Assembly: GCA_965207445.1 (NCBI GenBank)
Contig: CBDBLX010000002.1
Span: 896,001-960,000, forward strand
Origin: Nitrosopumilus sp.
GTDB lineage: Archaea > Thermoproteota > Nitrososphaeria > Nitrososphaerales > Nitrosopumilaceae
DNA length: 64,000 bases
Reading direction: 5' to 3'
This document shows positions 9,900 to 19,781 of this stretch, in pieces. The notes under the pieces are model-generated. The model saw only the letters and a list, made by a program, of their open reading frames with translations, searched no databases and was not told the origin of the DNA. The position numbers and the translations under genes are program-made. The number at the start of each line of letters is the position of its first letter. Position 1 is the first letter of the stretch.

Positions 9900-10997
9900 T
9901 TAAAAAAAACTTGTAATGTCACTTTGCCCTTTTACATCTGAGAGTTCTGTGACTCTAATACCGATTCTGCGAATTGGCATCTGTTGTGTTTTTAGCATCT
10001 CTTTTAGCAGATAATCTGCACACTTTTGTAATTCTATTATATTTGCAGTGGAATTTTTGAGCATCTTTGATTTTGATTTTGCTGTGAGATCCGATTGTAT
10101 TATCTGTATACTTACTGATTTGAATGTTTGATTGCTATCGATAACTGTATTGTGTACATCTAAGCATATTTTGTTTAGATTATCTTTTAAAAATTCATAG
10201 TCTTTGGAATCTTCACTTAGTGTGGTAATGCGACCATGTTGTAAACGCGGTTCTTTCTTCTTTACTGGCTCATTATTTATGCCTCTGGCTGCATTGTAAA
10301 TATATGTGCCATTTTTTTTCCCAAACTCTTTTGTAAACAAAAACAGATCTGGTTTTCGAAGATCGCTTATGGTTTTAAAATTTAATTCTAATAAACGATG
10401 TTCTGTCTTTTTTCCAATGTATGGTATGTCTCTTATTTTTAGTGGTTCTAGAAATGTGTCTATCTGTTCTGGCTTGACGACTGTAAGTCCGTCTGGTTTT
10501 TTAAAATCCGATGCAATTTTTGATATCATACGATTTGGTGATATGCCAATTGAACACCCTATCTTTGTTTTAATCTTTACTGCATATTTGATCTGTTGTG
10601 CTAGTTTTGCTGCCTTTTGAAAATCATGTTCGATTCGCTTACTTACATCCAAGTATGCTTCATCCCGACCTACATACTCAAACACATCTGCAAATGCACT
10701 TATCACATTCATGGACTCTTCTGATATTTGTGTATAGTAATCAAAATCTACTGGAATGAACTCTGCATCGTCTATTACACTATTGAGTTTTCGCTTTGCA
10801 AACGTTATGGGCATGCCTGATTTAACACCGTATTTTCTTGCAACATAATTTGCAGTTGCAATGGCACCACTGTCATTACCTCTATCAGAATACACACATA
10901 CACATACGGGTTTTGTTTTTAATAGTGGATTACGTATTTCTTCGCATTGTGCATAAAAATAATCAAAATCAACATGCATTACAACTCGTGATTTCAT
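9900..10997 (-). CDS. dinB: DNA polymerase IV (Y-family, Dpo4/DinB)
   Basis: MHVDFDYFYAQCE, ATANYVARKYGVKSGMP, GRDEAYLD and SKIASDFKKPDG; start taken at MKSRVV. Confidence 0.95.
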   Translation of the reverse strand: MKSRVVMHVDFDYFYAQCEEIRNPLLKTKPVCVCVYSDRGNDSGAIATANYVARKYGVKSGMPITFAKRKLNSVIDDAEFIPVDFDYYTQISEESMNVISAFADVFEYVGRDEAYLDVSKRIEHDFQKAAKLAQQIKYAVKIKTKIGCSIGISPNRMISKIASDFKKPDGLTVVKPEQIDTFLEPLKIRDIPYIGKKTEHRLLELNFKTISDLRKPDLFLFTKEFGKKNGTYIYNAARGINNEPVKKKEPRLQHGRITTLSEDSKDYEFLKDNLNKICLDVHNTVIDSNQTFKSVSIQIIQSDLTAKSKSKMLKNSTANIIELQKCADYLLKEMLKTQQMPIRRIGIRVTELSDVKGQSDITSFF

Positions 10998-11042
10998 GAT
11001 ATACGTTGTGTATGACACTTTTATTTTTTTGTAGTGTATGTG

Positions 11043-11100
11043 TTTTAATACATGCTTATTTAATACATGCTTATTTGATACATGTTTATTTAATACATGC
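11043..11100. repeat. Tandem repeat of about 15 bp (taatacatgcttatt), 3-4 copies
   Basis: Visible directly upstream of dinB. Confidence 0.85.
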
Positions 11101-11290
11101 AACTTTTACATCATATTTTGTGTACAAACACACTCTCTTTGCTAAATTATATGCATTGTGACACATCTATTGATTTCTTGGGTAAGGTGGTGGTGATGGT
11201 ACATGAAAGAAAATAAAGACCGAACAACTACTCTTTAGTGTTGATTGTATTTTTAGTTTAGTCTAAATACTATGTGGTGTATTTGTACTT

Positions 11291-11539
11291 GTGGCATCTC
11301 CAGTTTACGTTGATGGAAATGGTGTAAAGTTCAATCCTGATGCAATGATGCGTGAACGGTTGTATCATTGTATATTTGATGACAAGGCAATATTGGTATT
11401 CAAAGACTCACAAGATGTGATGAATTGCTATGAGATTGAAGATCCCCCACTTGTAGAAAAAATTAGGCAATGTAATGATGATGTAGAATTAGAGGCATTA
11501 TTTGATACTTATATATCAGATATGAACCTTAATGGTTAA
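11291..11539 (+). CDS. Hypothetical protein
   Basis: 82-aa clean ORF upstream of Alba. Confidence 0.7.
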   Translation: MASPVYVDGNGVKFNPDAMMRERLYHCIFDDKAILVFKDSQDVMNCYEIEDPPLVEKIRQCNDDVELEALFDTYISDMNLNG

Positions 11540-11575
11540 ATAAAAGTATGTAAAGAGGTATGCAAGGTAAAAAAT

Positions 11576-13222
11576 ATGAGTAATACACGAAAACCTAGTG
11601 ACGCTGAGGAAATTTTATCTGAATTTACAAGTTCAAAATCTGATTCAAACGATACAAACAAGGATACAGATAATTCTGAATTAATCGACTCTGCACCTAA
11701 TGTTTCACCTAGTGTAATATCCTCTGAGCCATCTTCAACTAACAGTGATCAAACTCTTGAATCTAACTCACCTAATGAGCTTCATTCTTGTGCCGATTCT
11801 AACTCTTGCTCTGATGATTCTATTGTTGCTGATAAACCACCCATTGAATCAACTCCAACACCCACTGAACCAACCACAACTGAATCCTCCAATATGGGTG
11901 AACCTCAACATTCTTGTGCCGATTCTAACTCTTGCTCTGATGATTCTATTGTTGCTGATAAACCACCCATTGAATCAACTCCAACACCCACTGAACCAAC
12001 CACAACTGAATCCTCCAATATGGGTGAACCTCAACATTCTTGTGCCGATTCTAACTCTTGCTCTGATGATTCTATTGTTGCTGATAAACCACCCATTGAA
12101 TCAACTCCAACACCCACTGAACCAACACCCACTGAATCCTCCAATATGGGTGAACCTCAACATTCTTGTGCCGATTCTAACTCTTGCTCTGATGATTCTA
12201 TTGTTGCTGATAAACCACCCACTGAACCAACACCCACTGAATCCTCCAATATGGGCGAACCACAACATTCTTGTGCCGATTCTAACTCTTGCTCTGATGA
12301 TTCTATTGTTGCTGATAAACCACCCACTGAACCAACACCCACTGAATCCTCCAATATGGGCGAACCACAACATTCTTGTGCCGATTCTAACTCTTGCTCT
12401 GATGATTCTATTGTTGCTGATAAACCACCCACTGAATCAACTCCAACACCCACTGAATCCTCCAATATGGGTGAACCACAACATTCTTGTGCCGATTCTA
12501 ACTCTTGCTCTGATGATTCTATTGTTGCTGATAAACCACCCACTGAATCAACTCCAACACCCACTGAATCCTCCAATATGGGTGAACCACAACATTCTTG
12601 TGCCGATTCTAACTCTTGCTCTGATGATTCTATTGTTGCTGATAAACCACCCACTGAATCAACTCCAACACCCACTGAATCAACTCCAACACCCACTGAA
12701 TCAACTCCAACACCCACTGAACCAACACCCACTGAACCAACACCCACTGAACCAACACCCACTGAACCAACACCCACTGAACCAACACCCACTGAACCAA
12801 CTCCAACACCCACTGAACCAACACCCACTGAACCAACACCCACTGAATCCTCCAATATGGGTGAACCACAACAATCTCATGTTGATGTCACATCTGATTC
12901 TAATAATGACAAGTCCACCACTAAACCACCCCCACCCGAGCAACACTCTGAATATAGAGATGTGATATTTGTTGGAAGTAAACCAATAATGACTTATGTT
13001 TCTGCCGTCCTTACTCAACTTGCAAATAGAGATACAGTTACGGTCAAAGCCCGAGGTAAAAAAATCACTAATGCAGTGGATGTCTCACAAATGATCATTA
13101 AAAGAATGGATAGTGTTGGTTATGTAATATCTGATACTAGAATATCTTCTGACTCTCTCATATCAAATGATGGGAAATACCGCAACGTCTCTACAATGGA
13201 AATTGACATATCAAAAAAATAA
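11576..13222 (+). CDS. albA: Alba DNA/RNA-binding protein with a very long repetitive N-terminal extension
   Basis: C-terminal ~90 aa VIFVGSKPIMTYV...VTVKARGKKITNAVDVSQ...RNVSTMEIDI is an Alba domain. Confidence 0.85.
   Translation: MSNTRKPSDAEEILSEFTSSKSDSNDTNKDTDNSELIDSAPNVSPSVISSEPSSTNSDQTLESNSPNELHSCADSNSCSDDSIVADKPPIESTPTPTEPTTTESSNMGEPQHSCADSNSCSDDSIVADKPPIESTPTPTEPTTTESSNMGEPQHSCADSNSCSDDSIVADKPPIESTPTPTEPTPTESSNMGEPQHSCADSNSCSDDSIVADKPPTEPTPTESSNMGEPQHSCADSNSCSDDSIVADKPPTEPTPTESSNMGEPQHSCADSNSCSDDSIVADKPPTESTPTPTESSNMGEPQHSCADSNSCSDDSIVADKPPTESTPTPTESSNMGEPQHSCADSNSCSDDSIVADKPPTESTPTPTESTPTPTESTPTPTEPTPTEPTPTEPTPTEPTPTEPTPTEPTPTPTEPTPTEPTPTESSNMGEPQQSHVDVTSDSNNDKSTTKPPPPEQHSEYRDVIFVGSKPIMTYVSAVLTQLANRDTVTVKARGKKITNAVDVSQMIIKRMDSVGYVISDTRISSDSLISNDGKYRNVSTMEIDISKK
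11783..12875 (+). repeat. Intragenic repeat: 8 units (periods 126,126,126,105,105,111,111 bp) plus a 15/21-bp PTE(P/S)T array
   Basis: ttcttgtgccgattctaactcttgctctgatgattc at about 11785, 11911, 12037, 12163, 12268, 12373, 12484 and 12595. Confidence 0.95.
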
Positions 13223-13451
13223 ACGTCATTATCTTACTGTTGTTGCTATTGTAATAATATCCGTTGTAATTACTACTGTGGTGTTATTTCTATCTATTGA
13301 TTCATGTGGATTAACACATCTTGAAATCTTAAATGATATTAGTACATATGAAGAAAATTTTGATCCAAATTTTTGTGCAGATTTACTTGATAAAATATAC
13401 TTGTTTAATGAATCGTGTAGACCTGTAGTTGATATAATTGATTGTGGTTAA
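13203..13451 (+). CDS. Small membrane-anchored protein
   Basis: One hydrophobic helix followed by a Cys-containing domain; start codon uncertain. Confidence 0.6.
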   Translation: MTYQKNKRHYLTVVAIVIISVVITTVVLFLSIDSCGLTHLEILNDISTYEENFDPNFCADLLDKIYLFNESCRPVVDIIDCG

Positions 13452-13561
13452 TAAATAACCTACACAAATTATTCTTAACATAATATTTGTCTTTAAAATT
13501 AATTATTTGTATGAGCATATATAATATTTTTTTAATTAAACTAATTTTACAAGAAAAATTC

Positions 13562-13710
13562 GTGTGAACCAACCTCTTTGGATACGATAACAATATCATA
13601 TACTTGTATTTGGTTACATCCCTGTCTGCATATTGCGTATCGTACATGCAATGCATTTGGCTAGGAGTTATTTTTGAATGATTATATTAATTATGGAATC
13701 TGGTTCACCC
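13562..13710. mobile_element. Possible MITE family B copy
   Basis: Begins gtgtgaaccaa and ends tggttcaccc; same termini as 39048-39117. Confidence 0.45.
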
Positions 13711-14095
13711 ATATGTTTTGTTTTGTTAAGATTAAACAAAAAGATCTGTATATAATATTAAAATATTTTTATCATATATAAAAAATAAATATTTAATTAT
13801 TAAGTTAAATTAGAACAAACAAATTATAAAGATTTACTAAAAATGATTTGATGCATAAACTTGAGATATCTACTAGATACAACAATCTGCATACTGAAAA
13901 TTGTTATCTTACAACACCCACTACTATTGTATTTGATGGCATGTATGTATGTATGTGTACGCAATGACACGCAAAAGAGAAGATATTTTTATGTTAATTG
14001 ATATAGATATTGATTGACATTAACTCTTAACTAGATGATTTACGTGTTATGTGTTTAATAATTTTAATTTGTACTATTGTTAATAATAATTCATA

Positions 14096-15088
14096 CTATT
14101 TTATGGTGCTATGATCATTATTTATTTTCTTTAATCTTTCTAATAATGCCGCATAAAGAAATGGCATAACCGTTGTGACTTCTGCATGTAATGTTGCTTG
14201 TTTTGCATTTGGCGTCACTTTTCCCCATGAAATTGCTTCTCTTACAAGCGCACCACTTAAACTACCATCAAATTCTTGTGCAGTTGTAATGTAAAATGCA
14301 TAATCTAGTCCTCCTCTGTATTGATTCCACCACAAAGTATGATGTTTTGATATTCCACCACCAATCATGAATGCACCTGATTTTTTGGCCTTGAATATAT
14401 GCTCTGATAATCGCACAGAATCTCCAATAATATTTAATTCAAAGTCGTGGTGATTTTGCGCAAACATCCAGATCTGACTACCTACTGCCCCATCCATTAT
14501 TCCTGGTACTATAACATCAATATCGTTTTTTGCAGCCCAATACAGAAATGAGTCTTCTCTCATGTGCTGACCTATCATTTTACAAATGTCTGCTGTTGTC
14601 ATCGATTTTTTGCCATTTTCATATGCCTGTGTCAAAAACTCTTGCATCTTTTTTTCTATTATTGGGCCGTAACTATCTAGTGGAACAAGTACGCTTCCGA
14701 GTCTGTGTATGTCTTGCTCTGCGAGTTGCGCATCATCCATTGTAAATGATCCTTCTTTGTATTCTGCGTAATGCCTTGCAATATCATGATCAAGTGCACC
14801 ACACGTGGTAACCATCACATCAAACCACTTTTTTTTTGCCATATCTCTGATTATGCCTCTCAACCCCGTTGAGATCACTGCTCCAACAAACGAGCAGAAT
14901 CGAAGACACTGTTTGTCTGTTATCATCTTTGATATAATTTCAAGTCCATCATGGAGATTCTTTGACTCAAAACCCCCTGATTTTGCCATTTCTGCAAATA
15001 TGCCTTCTATGCTTGTCTTGTCATTTATTGTCATATCTTTCACAGGGCCCCCTATCTCTTTTATTGGCACACTGTTCTCTATTGTCAT
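14096..15088 (-). CDS. dys: Deoxyhypusine synthase
   Basis: IGGGISKHH and DGSLSGALVREAISWGK. Confidence 0.95.
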   Translation of the reverse strand: MTIENSVPIKEIGGPVKDMTINDKTSIEGIFAEMAKSGGFESKNLHDGLEIISKMITDKQCLRFCSFVGAVISTGLRGIIRDMAKKKWFDVMVTTCGALDHDIARHYAEYKEGSFTMDDAQLAEQDIHRLGSVLVPLDSYGPIIEKKMQEFLTQAYENGKKSMTTADICKMIGQHMREDSFLYWAAKNDIDVIVPGIMDGAVGSQIWMFAQNHHDFELNIIGDSVRLSEHIFKAKKSGAFMIGGGISKHHTLWWNQYRGGLDYAFYITTAQEFDGSLSGALVREAISWGKVTPNAKQATLHAEVTTVMPFLYAALLERLKKINNDHSTIK

Positions 15089-15371
15089 TGTAATTTCTAT
15101 ATTCAACGTGACTATAAACGATTCTTTGTTATTTGGAATTGTAATAGTATGCACTTTTCATTCAAAAAACTCACCATACTTTTTCATATAACGTATACCT
15201 TCATATGATCTCTTTTTATTTGTAATTTAATTTATAATTTACAAACTTGATAATTTATAATAATTATTTTGCAGTGTGTAATTGTAACATACTAGCATCA
15301 ATAATGTCCAAAAATTCATTATTTTATAGCTCTATGCCAAGACTTTAAACGAGCTTTTATTATTCAACCTT

Positions 15372-16466
15372 ATGGCAGGACGCATAAAAGTTGGACTAGT
15401 TGGTATAGGTAATTGTTTTTCAGGACTATTACAAGGAATTGAATATTATCGAAAAAACCCATCTCAACAGATCATTGGGATAATTCATGAGGAGCTTGCA
15501 GGTTATGGTATTCATGATATAGATTTTGTCTGTGGATTTGATGTGGGTGAGAATAAGATTGGAAAGACAATCAATAAGGCGATATATGCGTATCCTAACA
15601 TGGTCGACTGGATACCTGAGAATGATATGCCTTTGACTAACTCTTTGGTATATGAGAGCCCTGCACTTGATGGTGTTGGATTGTGGGTGGAAAATCGTGT
15701 CAATCCTATAAAGTCTCAAAAAACTGTTGACGAGTTAACATCTGAGATAAAACAGGTGATCAAAAGTACCGGGGCTAAAATTATTGTCTCGTATCTGCCA
15801 GTAGGATCTGATAAAGCTACAGAGTTTTGGGCACAAATGTGCCTTGATACTGGTGTAGCATTTGTAAACTGTATACCATCATTTATTGCATCAAATCCCA
15901 TTTGGGCCGAAAAGTTTACCACCAAAAATATACCCTGTATTGGTGATGATATAAAGGGGCAAGTGGGTGCTACTATTGTACATAGAACACTTGCCAAATT
16001 GTGTAATGATCGTGGCACCAAGATAGAAAAAACATATCAGATCAATGTAGGTGGGAATACAGACTTTTTGAATATGAAAGAACAAGAGCGACTAGTATCA
16101 AAGAAAATTTCCAAGACTGAGAGTGTACAAAGTCAACTTGACCATCGTTTAGATGATGATCAGATATACGTTGGACCTTCAGATTTTATTCCGTTTCTTG
16201 GAAATACAAAACTAATGTTTATGAGAATTGAAGGCAGACAATGGGCAAATATCCCATACAATATGGAAGTACGTCTTGATGTTGATGACAAGGCAAACTC
16301 TGCTGGAATAGTGATAGATGCCATCAGATTGGCAAAAATTGCACTTGATCGTAATATAGGTGGACCTATAAGACCTGCAAGTGCATACTTGATGAAACAT
16401 CCAATTGAACAAATGTCAGACACAAATGCCAAAGCGGCATGTGAGGCATTTGTTACAGATGTCTGA
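15372..16466 (+). CDS. ino1: Inositol-3-phosphate synthase (myo-inositol-1-phosphate synthase)
   Basis: VGIGNCFS, SYLPVGS, GDDIKGQVGAT, NVGGNTDFLN and NSAGIVIDAIR. Confidence 0.95.
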   Translation: MAGRIKVGLVGIGNCFSGLLQGIEYYRKNPSQQIIGIIHEELAGYGIHDIDFVCGFDVGENKIGKTINKAIYAYPNMVDWIPENDMPLTNSLVYESPALDGVGLWVENRVNPIKSQKTVDELTSEIKQVIKSTGAKIIVSYLPVGSDKATEFWAQMCLDTGVAFVNCIPSFIASNPIWAEKFTTKNIPCIGDDIKGQVGATIVHRTLAKLCNDRGTKIEKTYQINVGGNTDFLNMKEQERLVSKKISKTESVQSQLDHRLDDDQIYVGPSDFIPFLGNTKLMFMRIEGRQWANIPYNMEVRLDVDDKANSAGIVIDAIRLAKIALDRNIGGPIRPASAYLMKHPIEQMSDTNAKAACEAFVTDV

Positions 16467-16492
16467 ATTTAACTCTTAACATACTGGAAAAC

Positions 16493-17030
16493 GTAACAGT
16501 TAAACCCCCTACATATACACCTCAACACACATCTACTGCTACGATGAAGTTTGGTGAATAATTTAGCTTGCCATGATGGTGTCATGGATATTCTTTACAA
16601 GATCCTTGTCCTGATCACACCACGTCATCATACATGACATCATACATGACATCAATATACCATAAACTTCCATTCCTGTTGTACTGCGAAACATCTGACG
16701 AATCTTTTTGTGAATCATGACGCGCCACCACAGTGATCGTTTGGATTTGTTGTTGATAGATGGCATACCCGAATATTTGACAAATGTAAACAGATCTGGC
16801 GCCGCATTATGTAATTTGCCCCCAAACGAGTGTTCCTAGTTCTGTATATGTGCCTGCAATTGCCATGACGGCATCTATTCAGTTGTCTTGCAGTTGTTGT
16901 TGTTGTTGTTGTTGATCTGTGGTGTCTAGTGGTAGCTGTTTGGCCTCATGAAATATGTGCCGGAGTTTTCTGTGCAATTCTACGAGATTGCCGCCGTGCA
17001 AGGTAGTCTAACATCTATGCCCTATTGCAA
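16493..17030 (-). pseudogene. IS66-family transposase 3' remnant with terminal inverted repeat
   Basis: GKLHNAAPDLFTFVKYSGMPSINNKSKRSL..VMIHKKIRQMFRSTTGMEVYGILMSC resembles the IS66 C-terminal PTNNxxERxLR..RK region; end gtaacagttaaacccc at 16493. Confidence 0.75.
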
Positions 17031-17066
17031 TACTGTATCTATCTAGAAGCGGAATTGCACAACATG

Positions 17067-17894
17067 CTAGTTTGCGTTTTGAGTCGTACAGTTACATGAC
17101 TCCGCCTGCCATGCGGAAAACCTCTTTGGGATGATCACACGTGATGCCGAATCTGTTGTAGATTTCTTCTGTGACGATGTCAGATTTGCCCCCATAGTAA
17201 TAGTAGGGGGAGAAAACCCACTGTCCGAGGATGCTATCAATACGTCTGGATTATCCTCGGCAAGTGACTTCTTGAACGTGATCACCTCCGCAAGTATCAT
17301 CTGGTCCGATTTATTGGGATATGTCCTCATGAACCGCTCTAGTTGTTTTGCTTCCCTCGTCACCTGACCTCTGTGAGTGTGAACCGCCTCTGTTTTTTGA
17401 TCCTTTTCCCATGCTGGCTCCGTTAGAACGGGTTTTGACCTTTCCTCGGTCTCCTGTTTTCGCCGTGTTGGGGAACTATATGTAGCAATGTACCGATGCA
17501 TAAGATCCTTGGACATTTGTCTGACATTTTTCAAGTTCTTTGATACTTCTCTAGAGTTCAGTTTCACTGCAATTAGTCTTGAGAGGAGATCCCGCATCTT
17601 ATACTCGGAGGCGGAGATGATCGCCACTGACTCATTGTAGAATTTTTCTTTCAACGCCACGTCTAGTTTGTTCTCTGGTATGTAGACTGACTTTACTGCT
17701 TTTGAGAGCACCGCAAAGCACTCCGATCTCACCTTCGGCATCGTAAGCCCTATGTCAGAATCCTTGAATAAACTGAACAGTTGAATTGACTGTTCGTAGA
17801 AGGGGTGTTTTATTCCCAGTTCTCCAGCGTTTTCCATTATACTGGATGCAACAACCACGTTTGTGTCTGGCACCACTTTTACATCAAGTGACAT
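17067..17894 (-). CDS. PIN-domain protein (probable 1-bp frameshift near 17215)
   Basis: VVPDTNVVVA, SE, SDQMILAE and IASSD acidic-residue layout. Adding one T gives the tail FFSPYYYYGGKSDIVTEEIYNRFGITCDHPKEVFRMAGGVM* ending at 17092. Confidence 0.65.
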   Translation of the reverse strand: MSLDVKVVPDTNVVVASSIMENAGELGIKHPFYEQSIQLFSLFKDSDIGLTMPKVRSECFAVLSKAVKSVYIPENKLDVALKEKFYNESVAIISASEYKMRDLLSRLIAVKLNSREVSKNLKNVRQMSKDLMHRYIATYSSPTRRKQETEERSKPVLTEPAWEKDQKTEAVHTHRGQVTREAKQLERFMRTYPNKSDQMILAEVITFKKSLAEDNPDVLIASSDSGFSPPTITMGANLTSSQKKSTTDSASRVIIPKRFSAWQAESCNCTTQNAN

Positions 17895-17906
17895 TGTGGA
17901 ATGAGA

Positions 17907-18398
17907 CTAGCCGGTAGTATCTAAACTTTGCATCAGAGCTGCAAACTGGAGTCGCATATTGTCCTTGTCAATGTATTCTTTATTGATCTCCAACGGCTCG
18001 ATCAGGTCTGCGCTTGCGGCTTGGTTTCTCAGGTCATGGGTCTTGTTCAGTACTTTATTGATTGAGCGTTCGTTGACTTTATACGATTGCGTGATGTTCA
18101 GTATGTCGTCTATTGCGGGTAGAAGTGTGAGCGAATCCTCTGCAATCTTTGGATTGTCGTTTGCTTTTTGCGAGTTTTTAAATCTGTACTCCATCTTACC
18201 GAGTATGAGTTCCGTGTTTCGTGCAGCCTGATAGAAGTAAAACCCGTCAGAGTTCTCAACTTCCAGCCATCTTGATTTGATGTCTTTTAGAAGGTCTCTT
18301 AGCTTGGAGAGACTGTTCAGTATGGTAAGATCGACCTTTCCAGTCTCTTCCATGCTGGTTAAAGACCTCTCAATCTCTACCAAAATACTATTCTTCAA
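17907..18398 (-). CDS. Hypothetical helical protein, upstream partner of the PIN gene
   Basis: 163-aa ORF, 12 bp before the PIN start, in the same GC-richer tract. Confidence 0.65.
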   Translation of the reverse strand: MKNSILVEIERSLTSMEETGKVDLTILNSLSKLRDLLKDIKSRWLEVENSDGFYFYQAARNTELILGKMEYRFKNSQKANDNPKIAEDSLTLLPAIDDILNITQSYKVNERSINKVLNKTHDLRNQAASADLIEPLEINKEYIDKDNMRLQFAALMQSLDTTG

Positions 18399-18453
18399 TG
18401 TAGTCTTGCACCCATCATCACTCTATAATATAGTTACTCTCTATACACATAAG

Positions 18454-19520
18454 GTAACAGTTCAACCCCTATTTTGTAAGTATGCATACAGATACAGCAA
18501 TAACGATCACCGATCATTATTGTGATCGAATTTACGTAAATCTGAATGATAAACACGATGATATGTGAGAAAGTGTCCAAAATGTTGAAAACACGTTTAT
18601 TATTTTTTGCATATAGGCGTAACTATTTTGCTTTTTGAAGTGGACATTTAAATTCTTATGATTATATACTATGATAATTTTGATCTAAAAAATTTGATCA
18701 AAAACTCTAATAATTTAATCTAGAGGGTGTTAAATCAAAACGCTTCCATCTATCATTAAGTGTCAATAAAATGATAGACAGGAACGATATTAGATCATCG
18801 CAAAAATGTGATTTAAGCAATCAGTGTGACTGGAAATGCAATAGTGTCAATTATTTGCAGGAGGGGGAGACATAGTTGTGCTGCACAGAACCTCGTGACA
18901 AAGATACGCAACATACAAAAAAACCATGTCTCAAAAGTGATTGCGAGTGTTGCCAGTGGTGGTTGGACAATACCGGAATTGACACGATATTGCAAGACTC
19001 ATCGGATTCAAAGAAAAAAATAACGGCCAATAATGTGTCTGAGGTGCTACAAGATGCCAACACGTTAAAGACACAAAATGAAGAATTGACCAAGGACAAT
19101 AAAAAATATCAAAAGATCAACAAAGAGCTAAGAATGTTGTATCTGATCTGTACTACTCAGAATATCCAAGGCCCGCTTGCCGCGTCTCTCCGCACCCTTA
19201 CTCCAAGAGACGCGTCTTGTCATCCACGTACGTAGTCTACTCATCCTGTCACTCTTCCAAGGAAACCATGCTACCATCTTACTGATGCCTCTGGCAGTCT
19301 GTTCCTCCGAGTCAGCGATATTTACGCCGCCTCCAGGCTCTACATCGTCCTTAAATTGATAATCTGCAATCTTATGTTGTTGTAGGCGTTCTGATCCCAT
19401 TTGCTTATCAATGGGATCTTACGTTGTGAGTATCTAACCACTACATACGCCTGCACGCTTCAATACATCATATCCATCAAGGACTGTGTCTGTGCCCAGC
19501 CGGAGATACCCACAATTAAT
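18454..19520 (+). pseudogene. Probable IS66-family 5' remnant
   Basis: Starts gtaacagttcaaccc (same end as MITE A). Fragmented ORF 18876-19235 with coiled coil LKTQNEELTKDNKKYQKINKELR, then broken frames. Confidence 0.45.
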
Positions 19521-19781
19521 GCAAGAATATCTTAATTGACAAGTGAAAAATAACTATCATCTGTCATTGGATTATTATGCATGAGCATGCAAACTAGCAA
19601 TTTTCCACCAAACGGGATTTCTGCATAATCACTAATATGTTCAATAGCGTGTCGTCGTACGAAAACCTTCTACCGTCTTATATATTTGATCACTTTATGC
19701 TAATTTTAGCTCAAGAAATGTTTACTAAATAGTCTAACAAATCTACCCACATACAATTTATTTCAGTATAATATCGAAATA

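Noticed and set aside
10998..11102. N-terminal extension of DinB
   Set aside because: It is a 15-bp tandem repeat read in frame; the family-typical start is MKSRVVMHVD.
11783..12875. Regularly spaced repeats resembling a CRISPR array
   Set aside because: The intervening sequences are themselves repeats, not unique spacers; all periods are multiples of 3 inside the Alba ORF; no cas genes.
11745..12965. 406-aa and antisense ORFs over the Alba repeat
   Set aside because: Shadow frames that stay open only because the repeat lacks stops.
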